Below are positions 50,025 through 58,844 of a stretch of 64,000 nucleotides of DNA, in pieces; within the stretch, counting starts at the first letter, position 1; every line of letters starts with the position of its first letter. Below the pieces are notes generated by a model that ran no database searches, was not told the origin of the DNA, and saw only the letters and a program-made list of their open reading frames with translations. Source of the DNA: an uncultured virus (IMG/VR IMGVR_UViG_3300008116_000021) (Duplodnaviria > Heunggongvirae > Uroviricota > Caudoviricetes); IMG/VR virus record IMGVR_UViG_3300008116_000021; one strand, written 5' to 3'. Position numbers and translations under genes: made by a program.

Positions 50025-50425
50025 CTAACATTTTGCAAAAGAAATCCTGGCATCACATAAGTCCAGGCACCATCATTATCTTGACCACCAACTTTATACT
50101 CCCACTTATATTCACGCTTGTTGTAATTATCCCACGTCATGTATCCTTTCTGTTTGTCAAATCGTCCTTTGATGGTGAGACGGAAACGATTCGAAAAAAT
50201 ATTACGAGTGCGAAGTGCTCCACCAACCTCACGGGTTTCTACAATTTTACAGGTATCATAATGTGGATTGCCATTATTCTCCAACATGCAGGGAGTTTCG
50301 TATGCGAATGGACGTGGCAACCTAGGTGCAACTGGAGCAGAATTGTATTTACTTTCAGTTGCAGATGGTGTCGCAAATGCTGGTGATGCCAATAGCAACG
50401 ATGCGATTAGAAAAAACTTTTTCAT
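50015..50425 (-). CDS. Exported hypothetical protein
   Basis: Signal peptide MKKFFLIASLLLASPAFA; ATGA overlap with rlpA. Confidence 0.7.
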   Translation of the reverse strand: MKKFFLIASLLLASPAFATPSATESKYNSAPVAPRLPRPFAYETPCMLENNGNPHYDTCKIVETREVGGALRTRNIFSNRFRLTIKGRFDKQKGYMTWDNYNKREYKWEYKVGGQDNDGAWTYVMPGFLLQNVSWD

Positions 50426-50736
50426 CCAACTACCCTCCAACATACGGTTGCGTTTCCTTGTTTTGTAGAAGCAATGTGAGCAAATGCAGCATAACTTAAA
50501 TCAAGGTCAGCATGAGAATAAGGACCGCGATCATTGACTCTTACGATTACCTGTTTGAGATTGTCTTGGTTTGTAACTCTAATTTTAGTTCCCATAGGTA
50601 AGTAAGGGTGAGCAGCAGTCCAACGATAAGTATCAAATCGTTCTCCATTTGCAGTAGTTTGTCCGTGAAATCCGTCACCAATTCCATAGAATGTGGCAAC
50701 TCCACAAGTAAGACCAGCAATCAGTGTTTCAATCAT
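50422..50736 (-). CDS. rlpA: RlpA-family (DPBB) lytic transglycosylase-like protein
   Basis: ATFYG...FHGQTTANGERFD...TAAH..LPMGT...VRVNDRGPY...DLSYAAF. Confidence 0.9.
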   Translation of the reverse strand: MIETLIAGLTCGVATFYGIGDGFHGQTTANGERFDTYRWTAAHPYLPMGTKIRVTNQDNLKQVIVRVNDRGPYSHADLDLSYAAFAHIASTKQGNATVCWRVVG

Positions 50737-50927
50737 TGTTTGACTTTCATCTCCCAAACATCACGACTCAGAGATTGAACAGCAGAATTCACATTGCTGT
50801 CCAGAGAGTGAACTTTGTACTCAAGTTCACCAAGTTGACGATATAGGTTCAGGCACATGAGAGTATTGGCAGCAATACCCACAATGATTGACCAACCAAC
50901 AACTTTCTCAAGACTCACATTATTCAC
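50733..50927 (-). CDS. Small membrane protein with coiled coil
   Basis: N-terminal hydrophobic helix; ATGA overlap with rlpA. Confidence 0.55.
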   Translation of the reverse strand: MNNVSLEKVVGWSIIVGIAANTLMCLNLYRQLGELEYKVHSLDSNVNSAVQSLSRDVWEMKVKQ

Positions 50928-51394
50928 TCTGTCACCTCATCATAATCAACGGCAAGTTCAAGATAATTGTAACCAATTACCTTACGACCTTCATGGGTAG
51001 ATGTATTCACAACCACACCATCTTGGGTCAGTTTTTCAACACGACGATTTGCCGCATTGTTCATTTTAATAGTCCAATAATAACTCATGAGATTCCTCCT
51101 GTTTTGTTATATTCTATCATAGATCGACGTGCAGAGTAAGCCTCAAATTCGGATGGAAATGATGCAATGGTCCGACCATTATCTGCCCAGTACAGATACC
51201 AACGTCTGGCAAAATGTTTGATGAGAATAGGTTTGTCCATCATTCCTCGGGGTAAAGTTTCCAAGTATCGGGATAGATTCCCATCTCTTCACAGCGCACC
51301 TCATAGGCAATACGCTGTAAGCAAAGAAGATCCATGGATTCAACTGCTTTCATAATGGAGCGGCGAATCTGCTTGTCTTGAACTGTGTCGGCAA

Positions 51395-51586
51395 TCATTT
51401 GATGTCACCTTCAGCGATCAGACCCATGATTTCACGAGCAGTAGCAGCAAAGTTGATGTGATCCTCCAGACCTTCATCGGAATAGACCTTGAACAGATCA
51501 GATTCCCTGTAGGTATCCATGATCAGAGCGCAGGCATCATACAGGGCAGCGATGTGATGTGCCTTGGACTGAAAGGAAAGTGCCAT
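51395..51586 (-). CDS. Early hypothetical protein
   Basis: 63 aa after a promoter cassette. Confidence 0.6.
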   Translation of the reverse strand: MALSFQSKAHHIAALYDACALIMDTYRESDLFKVYSDEGLEDHINFAATAREIMGLIAEGDIK

Positions 51587-51659
51587 GGGGGCGCCCCTCG
51601 ATTACCTTTGTATTATAGGGCAAAGGAGAGGGGGGTTCAACGACTCCTGTACCACTTGT

Positions 51660-52562
51660 TCAACTGTCCACCTTCACGATCAGGATCTCATGAGATTCTT
51701 TAGTATTGCTCCCACCAGATACAATACGATTATCACCAATACGTGTCTCTCCTAATTGATAGGAATAGTGCCACTCTGGGAAATACTGATCAAAATCTTT
51801 GTAGTATTCACGGATCGTCTCACAATTGTTGTAAGACAGGATAAAACTGCCTTTATGGTTGTGCAACAGATCCCTCAGTGTTTCATGATCAAAACCAGTA
51901 TGATGCACGTCAATATTGCAGTTGGGATACATTCCCTTCAGCATTTTGTTATCGGAATCCTTATCCAAATAGTATGGAGGATCCAGATAAAGAAGATCAC
52001 CAGAATGTTCTGGGATTACATCAACAAACGATGCCTTTTCCACATGCAGATCTTTATTCTTGTAGGATCTGATGTTGTGGACCATCTTATCCCATTTGGT
52101 CTGACTTTCATAGATCTTACTCATCCAACCCAGATACATCGGTCCATAGGACAGATTATGATTGAAATAATAGTATGCTGCAGCAGTCAGATCATCCAAT
52201 TGGATTGGATCACGCTTATAATAATCAGTGTGCCAATCTTTGAGCATGTCCTGAGTATACTGCCACTGCAGCAACATTTCCTTAATCTCAGCATACTTTT
52301 CCTTGGTAGGAGTCAACTCCTGAAGTTTATCTGCCAACTCATGTGGAGAAGACAGAAGAACATTCCAGAAGTTGACCAGGGCATCAAAGATGTCGAACCC
52401 ATAAACAGGAACGCCAAGTTCAGATGCCCACTTTGATTCTAAACTACCTCCACCAACAAATGGTGAGATGATACGCTGGGGATATGGTAGTCTAGGAATA
52501 TATTGGGTGATAAGTTTGTATGCCTTTGACTTACCACCAGCATAGCGGAGAGGTGTCTTCAT
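51660..52562 (-). CDS. DNA adenine methyltransferase (Dam/D12 class)
   Basis: PLRYAGGKS, SPFVGGGS, YLDPPY, FILSYN. Confidence 0.92.
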   Translation of the reverse strand: MKTPLRYAGGKSKAYKLITQYIPRLPYPQRIISPFVGGGSLESKWASELGVPVYGFDIFDALVNFWNVLLSSPHELADKLQELTPTKEKYAEIKEMLLQWQYTQDMLKDWHTDYYKRDPIQLDDLTAAAYYYFNHNLSYGPMYLGWMSKIYESQTKWDKMVHNIRSYKNKDLHVEKASFVDVIPEHSGDLLYLDPPYYLDKDSDNKMLKGMYPNCNIDVHHTGFDHETLRDLLHNHKGSFILSYNNCETIREYYKDFDQYFPEWHYSYQLGETRIGDNRIVSGGSNTKESHEILIVKVDS

Positions 52563-53125
52563 TTAGTCTTGCGATCGATTTTGTACTGCCCAAATGCTTC
52601 ATGAATAATACTAGGAAGTGCTACACCAGTCTCTTGATAGTTCCACTTAGGATAGCAACCTTCAATAGCATTATACTGCATCAGACAATTTTCTTCAATA
52701 CCCTTGGCACTCACAGGAACAACCATCTGCTCAGACTTAAAGAGACCAGGAACTTCAACAACAATCGGTTCCATGTAAATCATATAAACTTCTACCTTGT
52801 TTCCTTGATCCAGTTGCTCACGCATAAACCAATTGATAGCAAACCGATTGATGCCAGGGTCATCTTGACCAGCATTCAAATAAAAACCCATACAACCTTG
52901 AATACCGCTCTTGGTAGAAGATTGACCAATCTTATAGATCTCTCCGTTGACACACAAAATATACACAAGAGAGACATGCTTGTTTTTCAACTTCTTAGGG
53001 AAGTTGCTGTCATAATTCAGAACAAGTTTAGTCTTGTAAAGCACATGCTTAGGACCAGAATAAGTATCAGTTCCGTGAACAATCTCACCGACACGAATTG
53101 CATTTGGAATGTCAGAAACGTTCAT
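52559..53125 (-). CDS. GIY-YIG endonuclease, Hpy188I-like
   Basis: LVYILCVNGEIYKIGQS, candidate catalytic Glu in KGIEE, PKWNYQ end; ATGA overlap with the MTase. Confidence 0.7.
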   Translation of the reverse strand: MNVSDIPNAIRVGEIVHGTDTYSGPKHVLYKTKLVLNYDSNFPKKLKNKHVSLVYILCVNGEIYKIGQSSTKSGIQGCMGFYLNAGQDDPGINRFAINWFMREQLDQGNKVEVYMIYMEPIVVEVPGLFKSEQMVVPVSAKGIEENCLMQYNAIEGCYPKWNYQETGVALPSIIHEAFGQYKIDRKTK

Positions 53126-53148
53126 GTGTTTGACTGATTACCTTGTAA

Positions 53149-53625
53149 TTATACTGCCTGCATCAGGCGGTTGGGGAAATGGTGTACCACTTCTGGAACT
53201 GGCACATTCAATTCATCATACAAATACTCCAGATATAGGGTTTCTTCTTGCTCCCGTGCCTCTATTTCGTGTGCCTGATGCCAATAGTCCACATCTTCCA
53301 TACATTCTTTACCATAATACATTTTTCCGCTTCGGAGTCGCAGTGAACCTACTACCCACTGCCGCAGGTGCGTCAGTTCATGTAAAAGAGTTTGTATATA
53401 CAACTCTTGGTCCATATGGGTATTCAGTTCAATCAGGAAGTGACGGGGGCGATAAGTTTCACCCACAACATCACAATACCCATAAACACACTCACGATTC
53501 AGACCACGATGAACAATATCCACCGTGATCTTGTGGCGTGGGAAGAACCTATTCAGAAACCAAGAGGTAACATCCTCACAGATCCGCTTGCGATAACCAT
53601 ATCCAGAATGCGTGATGTAAGACAT
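53149..53625 (-). CDS. Zincin-like metallopeptidase
   Basis: TLLHELTHLRQ (HExxH) and downstream HEIEA. Confidence 0.75.
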   Translation of the reverse strand: MSYITHSGYGYRKRICEDVTSWFLNRFFPRHKITVDIVHRGLNRECVYGYCDVVGETYRPRHFLIELNTHMDQELYIQTLLHELTHLRQWVVGSLRLRSGKMYYGKECMEDVDYWHQAHEIEAREQEETLYLEYLYDELNVPVPEVVHHFPNRLMQAV

Positions 53626-53689
53626 TGACCCCAGTGCAAAAACCAAATGAACGATGAAACAAACAGGAGTTTTTCTTTAGCAGTCATAC

Positions 53690-54145
53690 TCAACGAGCGT
53701 ACAAATAAGAACCTGCCCAGTCAGCATTCTCAAGCAACCATTCACGCTGCTCAATGATACGCAGATCGTAGCGAACACCTTTGGCAGGAGACTTCCAAGA
53801 TGCAGACTTGTAAACCTGACCAGTCTTCTTATCCACAAAAGCATGAACAGAGCGGGAACCATTAGCAACCATAATGATTTTGTGATACTTACGACCCGTT
53901 TCAGGGTAGAACTCATAATCACAAATACCTTCTTTCAGTTTAGCAACAGATGCCTTGTGATAGGCAATACCAGTTTCAGTATTACCTTCCAGACGCTTCA
54001 GAGAACTCTGATGGGACTTGATGCTATATTCAATGTAGTTCTGGCGCAGTGCCTCACAGAGAGCATAGGTGTGCCCCAGAACTGCCTCTGCGATGTTCTT
54101 CCGTGCCTCTGCTTGGGCGGAATACTCAGCGAAGGTGGTGGTCAT
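53690..54145 (-). CDS. Early hypothetical protein
   Basis: GRKYHKI...SVHAFVDKKTGQVYKSASWKSPAKGVRY; promoter cassette upstream. Confidence 0.75.
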   Translation of the reverse strand: MTTTFAEYSAQAEARKNIAEAVLGHTYALCEALRQNYIEYSIKSHQSSLKRLEGNTETGIAYHKASVAKLKEGICDYEFYPETGRKYHKIIMVANGSRSVHAFVDKKTGQVYKSASWKSPAKGVRYDLRIIEQREWLLENADWAGSYLYAR

Positions 54146-54197
54146 TGCTTGGTTGCGTATGTGCTTATTATAGGGCACTCAGAGGCGCCCAGAGCGG

Positions 54198-54323
54198 TCA
54201 GTATGCCAGTTCAGGATCTGGCACCCAGTAGTCGTCATTCTCCAAATAACCCATCCAATCTTGGGGGTCTGTATCATACAGGGCAATTTCCCGCAGTTCA
54301 TCAATCAGTTCAGACAGGTCCAT
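54198..54323 (-). CDS. 41-aa acidic peptide (absent from ORF track)
   Basis: MDLSELIDELREIALYDTDPQDWMGYLENDDYWVPDPELAY; TATAAT and repeat upstream. Confidence 0.55.
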   Translation of the reverse strand: MDLSELIDELREIALYDTDPQDWMGYLENDDYWVPDPELAY

Positions 54324-54393
54324 GAGAGAAGCGTTCAACTACTTGGATATTATAGCAGAAAACCCGCCGAGTGGGCGGGTCTTGTGCCAGTTT

Positions 54394-54804
54394 TTAGACT
54401 GCCAATGCACCAGAGGGAATTTCTACACCTTCCAAGTAAGAATCGTGCCAATCGCAAGTATCATAGCACAACCAACCTTCAGATTGAGTGTAGACATAAG
54501 CAAACTCTTCACCATTCTGAAGATACTCTGCCAAGTTTGCATCAAGGCGAGGAGGAGAATCTTCACCACGTTGAGAGTAGTATTGGGGACCATAAACACC
54601 CTTCACACCAGAACCATCCCAACGCTCATCTGTCCAGGCACAGGACATATCACCACCATCAATCAGTTCAGCGGCAAGAGATTTGGTATTGTAGTGAGTC
54701 TTCAAGATACGACCCAACCACTCAGGATAACCATCCCAATGGGAATAAGCAGAGAGAATAGAACCATCAAGGAGTTCGATACCAATCCGAGAGCGGGTTG
54801 CCAT
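54394..54804 (-). CDS. Early hypothetical protein
   Basis: MATRSRIG...YSHWDGYPEWLG...GGDMS...EEFAYVY. Confidence 0.75.
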   Translation of the reverse strand: MATRSRIGIELLDGSILSAYSHWDGYPEWLGRILKTHYNTKSLAAELIDGGDMSCAWTDERWDGSGVKGVYGPQYYSQRGEDSPPRLDANLAEYLQNGEEFAYVYTQSEGWLCYDTCDWHDSYLEGVEIPSGALAV

Positions 54805-54887
54805 GAGGCGTTTCGTTGATTACCTCCATATTATAATGGGTCTCCCAGCGAACCAGAAGACCCAGTGTGCCAGTTTACAAACTGGTC

Positions 54888-55100
54888 TCAGTCATCATAC
54901 ACTCTACACTCTAATGCATCAGGATTGGCATCACAATAAAGTTCCAGTGGTGTAGGATCGTGAGAGTCTTCAGGATGGTGTTCTTTATATGTTTTAAGTG
55001 CTTCTAATTCTTCTTCAGTATGTCTTCTCGCCTGTGGAGAAATAGTTGGGTCACTCAAAAGGTCCTCGTCCTTCTGAATATGTTGGTCGATGTTATCCAT
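54888..55100 (-). CDS. cp12: CP12 Calvin-cycle inhibitor (auxiliary metabolic gene)
   Basis: C-terminal PLELYCDANPDALECRVYDD; late promoter ATAAATA at 55121-55127. Confidence 0.93.
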   Translation of the reverse strand: MDNIDQHIQKDEDLLSDPTISPQARRHTEEELEALKTYKEHHPEDSHDPTPLELYCDANPDALECRVYDD

Positions 55101-55131
55101 AGTTTTGTATCATGATGATATATTTATTTTT

Positions 55132-55338
55132 TTATTCACTCAAAGAACTACCACGCCAGTTCTTTGGAGTGGGTGGATCACACTTCCCTTCCAGACTTTT
55201 GACCATTAATTGAGCAAATTTCTCCATTTTTTCTGCAGAAACAGATGCTGGACGATAGGTAATTGCCTCTTTTAGGGCAACAAGTTCGTTCCATTCTTCA
55301 GTTGTGAGGTCAGCCGTGCTGGTTTTGGGGAGTGACAT
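55132..55338 (-). CDS. Hypothetical protein
   Basis: LTTEEWNELVALKEAITYRPASV...MEKF. Confidence 0.6.
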   Translation of the reverse strand: MSLPKTSTADLTTEEWNELVALKEAITYRPASVSAEKMEKFAQLMVKSLEGKCDPPTPKNWRGSSLSE

Positions 55339-55427
55339 AGAGTTTCCTGCGATGTAGTTCAATGTTAGCATTCCAATATAATACTATCTAGAAACTTAAT
55401 GTTTTCTTTGGGATCATGTTACACTGC

Positions 55428-56054
55428 TTAATAATGCATCTCTGCAACATATCTTTTTAGGTAATCAATCTTGACATCAACTGATAAAATAATCCTTTCT
55501 TTTGTTCCACCATGCACAACAGAATGCTTAAGGGGTCCACCATCTTTGAATGCAAGGATCTTTCCATCTTCCCATGTTCTAGTTTGATCACCAACTGTAA
55601 TTCTACATCCAGGATCGCATGAGATTCCAAGATGCATTCTCATGTAATTATCAGTCCATCCAGTGTGAGGATTGATAACTGAACCAGGAACCAATCTGCT
55701 GATAAAAGAATTATGAAGAACGTCTAGTTCTTCTTCATACTTTCTGAGTATTCCCGTTGTTACTGGACATTTTTTTCTAGAGTTTTCAATGATAACTTTT
55801 AGAAATGCCATCTCTTGCTCACTAGCATAAGATGACATAAACTCACCCTCAAACTTTGTTAAAGGTGCTGCCTTCCAATAGTGCTCATATAGATTTCTAC
55901 CATCAATTTGGTATCGTGGATAATCAAATAACGATAAAGGTGCCTCACAAAAGTTAAGGACTTCTTCTTTAATTACTGGATAATTTTCAATCAGTTCATT
56001 ATATACTGGAACATCTTCAAAATAAGAGTCCCAAAATGCTATTTTCTTGCTCAT
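55428..56054 (-). CDS. Aspartyl/asparaginyl beta-hydroxylase-family 2OG-Fe(II) oxygenase, paralogue 3
   Basis: SRLVPGSVINPHTG...RMHLGI...WEDGK...HSVVH...RIILSVD. Confidence 0.9.
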   Translation of the reverse strand: MSKKIAFWDSYFEDVPVYNELIENYPVIKEEVLNFCEAPLSLFDYPRYQIDGRNLYEHYWKAAPLTKFEGEFMSSYASEQEMAFLKVIIENSRKKCPVTTGILRKYEEELDVLHNSFISRLVPGSVINPHTGWTDNYMRMHLGISCDPGCRITVGDQTRTWEDGKILAFKDGGPLKHSVVHGGTKERIILSVDVKIDYLKRYVAEMHY

Positions 56055-56719
56055 TTTAAATACTTCTCCAGGTAACTTAACTTAAGATCAAACGACATAA
56101 CATATCTATCTTTCTTTCCATTATGGACTACACTATGATAGTATGGACCGCCATCTTTAAATGCTAATATTTTACCATTCTTCCACGTTTTTGTCACGTT
56201 TCCTACAGTTATCTGGCATCCAGGATCTTCCACAAGACACAAGTGAACTCTCATATAATCTTTAGAGTATCCTTGATGAGGTCTGATAATTGTACCAGGA
56301 GATAGCATACTTAGGAACATATTCGCAAGTATTCCTTCTTTTTCTGGTTTTTTAATAATATTATGAATTACAGGTGTTAATATCCATCGATACTGATCAA
56401 TTAACATGTCGAGATCCTTTCCTCCCTGCAACTTCTTTACGATCATATTCACTTCATGATGATATGACTCGCTGAATCTGGAGAGAGCTAGAACATCCCA
56501 GGTATTATCATACATTCTCACCTTTTGACCAGTTTGTGGATCGGTAATCTTATACTTTGGATAAGGATTCATCCATTTGTAAGAAGATCCACCGACCTTT
56601 GGAAATAGTTTAGATTTGATAATGAGTTCCCACTTAATGAATCTCCAATACCGCATAAATGTGCGACATATGGGCTCATCCATCAAATAATCTTCCCAAA
56701 ATTCTGGTTCTTGTGTCAT
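56051..56719 (-). CDS. Aspartyl/asparaginyl beta-hydroxylase-family oxygenase, paralogue 2
   Basis: SMLSPGTIIRPHQG...RVHLCL...WKNGK...HSVVH...RYVMSFD. Confidence 0.9.
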   Translation of the reverse strand: MTQEPEFWEDYLMDEPICRTFMRYWRFIKWELIIKSKLFPKVGGSSYKWMNPYPKYKITDPQTGQKVRMYDNTWDVLALSRFSESYHHEVNMIVKKLQGGKDLDMLIDQYRWILTPVIHNIIKKPEKEGILANMFLSMLSPGTIIRPHQGYSKDYMRVHLCLVEDPGCQITVGNVTKTWKNGKILAFKDGGPYYHSVVHNGKKDRYVMSFDLKLSYLEKYLK

Positions 56720-57390
56720 TCGATGTCAATATATTCTTTCAGGTAATCTACACTCAAGTCAAACGAAAGATAGAGTCGATCTTGGTCCTTACTTTCATTC
56801 TTCATGCTGATAAAATATGGACCTTGATCTCGAAATGCCAGAATATCTCCATCACTCCAGGTTCGAGTCTCATCACCAACAGTAATCGTGGCAGCATCAT
56901 CGTCCCAGGCAAGTCCCAGATGCACTCGTACATATTCTTTAGTCCAACCTTTATGACGATTCACCACACAACCAGGATAAAGTGTGCCGAGGAAAGCATT
57001 CGCCAGTTTCTTATCTCGTTCTGCTCTCCAGATCAGATTATGAAGTACAGGTAGACCACGCTTACGCAGTTTCCTAATAGTATCATCCAGACTCAGATCG
57101 AGTTTCTTCTCTTGTTCTTCCTTAAATTCAAGGAACTCTGGACTTACAGACTTCTCCTCATCAACATAACCAACAGGAAGAGTTGTCCAGTTACCAGTAT
57201 ACAATGGATTCTGATCTCCAGTATCAGGATCCACAACCAAAGGATTGAAATAAGGAAGCGACCAGTGTGCTGCCATACCAGCAAAATGAGTCAGTTCAAT
57301 ATAAAGTTTATCAAAGTTTTCAATCAATGAAGCACAGATAGGTTCCTTTCCTTGCTTCAGTTTAAAATCCCAAAATGCAGGTTCTGTCAT
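56716..57390 (-). CDS. Aspartyl/asparaginyl beta-hydroxylase-family oxygenase, paralogue 1 (distal His missing)
   Basis: LYPGCVVNRHKG...RVHLGL...WSDGD...GPYFISM...RLYLSFD. Confidence 0.85.
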   Translation of the reverse strand: MTEPAFWDFKLKQGKEPICASLIENFDKLYIELTHFAGMAAHWSLPYFNPLVVDPDTGDQNPLYTGNWTTLPVGYVDEEKSVSPEFLEFKEEQEKKLDLSLDDTIRKLRKRGLPVLHNLIWRAERDKKLANAFLGTLYPGCVVNRHKGWTKEYVRVHLGLAWDDDAATITVGDETRTWSDGDILAFRDQGPYFISMKNESKDQDRLYLSFDLSVDYLKEYIDIE

Positions 57391-57417
57391 ACTTAAATCT
57401 CCACTTGTAGTATTATA

Positions 57418-58608
57418 TCACACTTCGATGACTTGACTGATACACTTACCACCAAAGGCAAATGAATTGTTGAGAGTGCGAAGTGTTCGGTTTGGTAGTT
57501 CTAGATTCTCCTTGACAAGACATTCTTTTCTGTCAAGTGAACATTTATTTAGGTTCTGGATGTGAGGGATGACTCTGTTCTTCATCGACTCAATTGCATA
57601 GATTGTTTCAAGAATACTAGCAGCGCCGATTGTATGCCCAATCTTACTCTTTGGTGCATAGATTGGAGTCTTATCAAGAACATCCGTGATTGCCATATAT
57701 TCAATCGGATCACCAATGAATGTGGAGGTTGCATGACCCGATACAGCATCAATGATCATGGGCATAGGACTATGCATATCAGCGTTCTTCAGCGCCTTTG
57801 TAATCGCTATCTTGGCGCCTCTGGCATCAGGTGCTGGAGCAGTCATATCCAGGGCATCAGACGCCATTCCAGCGGGGTATAGAGTGGCGTGAATGGTGCT
57901 ACCATACTCCTTTGCCTTCTGACTGGATTGTAGGATCAGGCATCCAGCACCATCACCCATCATGAAACCTTCACGCTTGTCATCAAATGGGCAGTTATAG
58001 TTTCCAAGGGCACCAAGTGCCTGAAAATATAACATCAGTTCCACGTTCACATTATAGTCAGACGATCCAACCACAACATATTCATATTCATCACACAGGC
58101 GTTGAGCATACTCCATGGTAAACATTGAGGTTGCACATGATGCCAACATGGAAACAGATGCTCCCATGAATCCATAATGTCCACACAGGTGAGATGGAAT
58201 CATATCAGGCAGAATGTTTACCAGTTTCCGCAGATTGATTCGCTTGTTATTATACAAATCATTTACAATCTTGTTACCTGCCTCATAGGAATTAGAAGCA
58301 GATGAAAAGATCACGGCAACTTCCTGCTGTGGTTTCAGACCAGACATCTTAAGTGCCTGCTCTACAACATGGAATGCAAGAAGTTGTGACCTTGTGTAGG
58401 TTCGCATCAATTTGGGATCAAGATCTGGCAGTTGTAGAGTTTCATAGTCTACCATCAGACCCCTGGTGATCTTTTCACCCCGTTCAATCATGGGATGAAA
58501 ATCCACAGAATAATCTACATCATCCAAAAACCTTGGAAAACAATCGCTAGGATTGTTACCCAAAGCGTCAATCATTCCATAACCAACAACATGGACTGGA
58601 TTAACCAT
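57418..58608 (-). CDS. Beta-ketoacyl-ACP synthase (FabF/FabB type)
   Basis: SCATS (Cys), PFDDKREGFMMGDGAG, HATST (His), KSKIGHTIGAA (His), NNSFAFGG. Confidence 0.92.
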   Translation of the reverse strand: MVNPVHVVGYGMIDALGNNPSDCFPRFLDDVDYSVDFHPMIERGEKITRGLMVDYETLQLPDLDPKLMRTYTRSQLLAFHVVEQALKMSGLKPQQEVAVIFSSASNSYEAGNKIVNDLYNNKRINLRKLVNILPDMIPSHLCGHYGFMGASVSMLASCATSMFTMEYAQRLCDEYEYVVVGSSDYNVNVELMLYFQALGALGNYNCPFDDKREGFMMGDGAGCLILQSSQKAKEYGSTIHATLYPAGMASDALDMTAPAPDARGAKIAITKALKNADMHSPMPMIIDAVSGHATSTFIGDPIEYMAITDVLDKTPIYAPKSKIGHTIGAASILETIYAIESMKNRVIPHIQNLNKCSLDRKECLVKENLELPNRTLRTLNNSFAFGGKCISQVIEV

Positions 58609-58844
58609 TACTCGTCATCTCCACGATTAAAAAATGTACCAAAGAAACCAGAATCACCTGGTTTTCGGTTTTCGAGTTTGTCAAGCAAGGAATCTGTAGT
58701 CTGTAGAGATTCAATACGACTGATTAGATCAGCGATCACACTACAAACCATCGGACGCTCTTGACGTGCAGCATATGCTAATGCATTTCGCAGAGATTGC
58801 TCTGCTTCCTTTAACGATTCTTCAACAGATTGTGATAGTGCCAT
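58608..58844 (-). CDS. Helical hypothetical protein
   Basis: 78 aa; TAATG coupling to the ketosynthase. Confidence 0.7.
   Translation of the reverse strand: MALSQSVEESLKEAEQSLRNALAYAARQERPMVCSVIADLISRIESLQTTDSLLDKLENRKPGDSGFFGTFFNRGDDE

Larger units (their letters stand above)
40444..54887 (-). promoter_or_regulatory. Dispersed family of about 15 early-promoter elements: 24-bp inverted repeat about 30 nt upstream of a -10 box
   Basis: Consensus TGTGMCASTT-N4-AASTGKCACA; copies near 40444, 40701, 41409, 41651, 42011, 42962, 43695, 43951, 44338, 44464 (half), 51648, 53183, 54202, 54383, 54866. Confidence 0.85.

Noticed and set aside
40444..54887. Inverted repeats as CRP sites or integron attC sites
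   Set aside because: TGTGA...TCACA arms are 14 nt apart rather than 6; no attC core pattern or integrase is seen
55428..57390. 2OG-Fe(II) halogenases because of the HxG motif
   Set aside because: HxG followed by R.HL.L is the normal AspH-family signature, not the SyrB2-type halogenase context
58608..58844. Acyl carrier protein for the ketosynthase (78 aa, contains DSL)
   Set aside because: DSL lacks the G(x)DSLD context, sits too far C-terminal, and the protein is not ACP-like in acidity; a profile search would settle it
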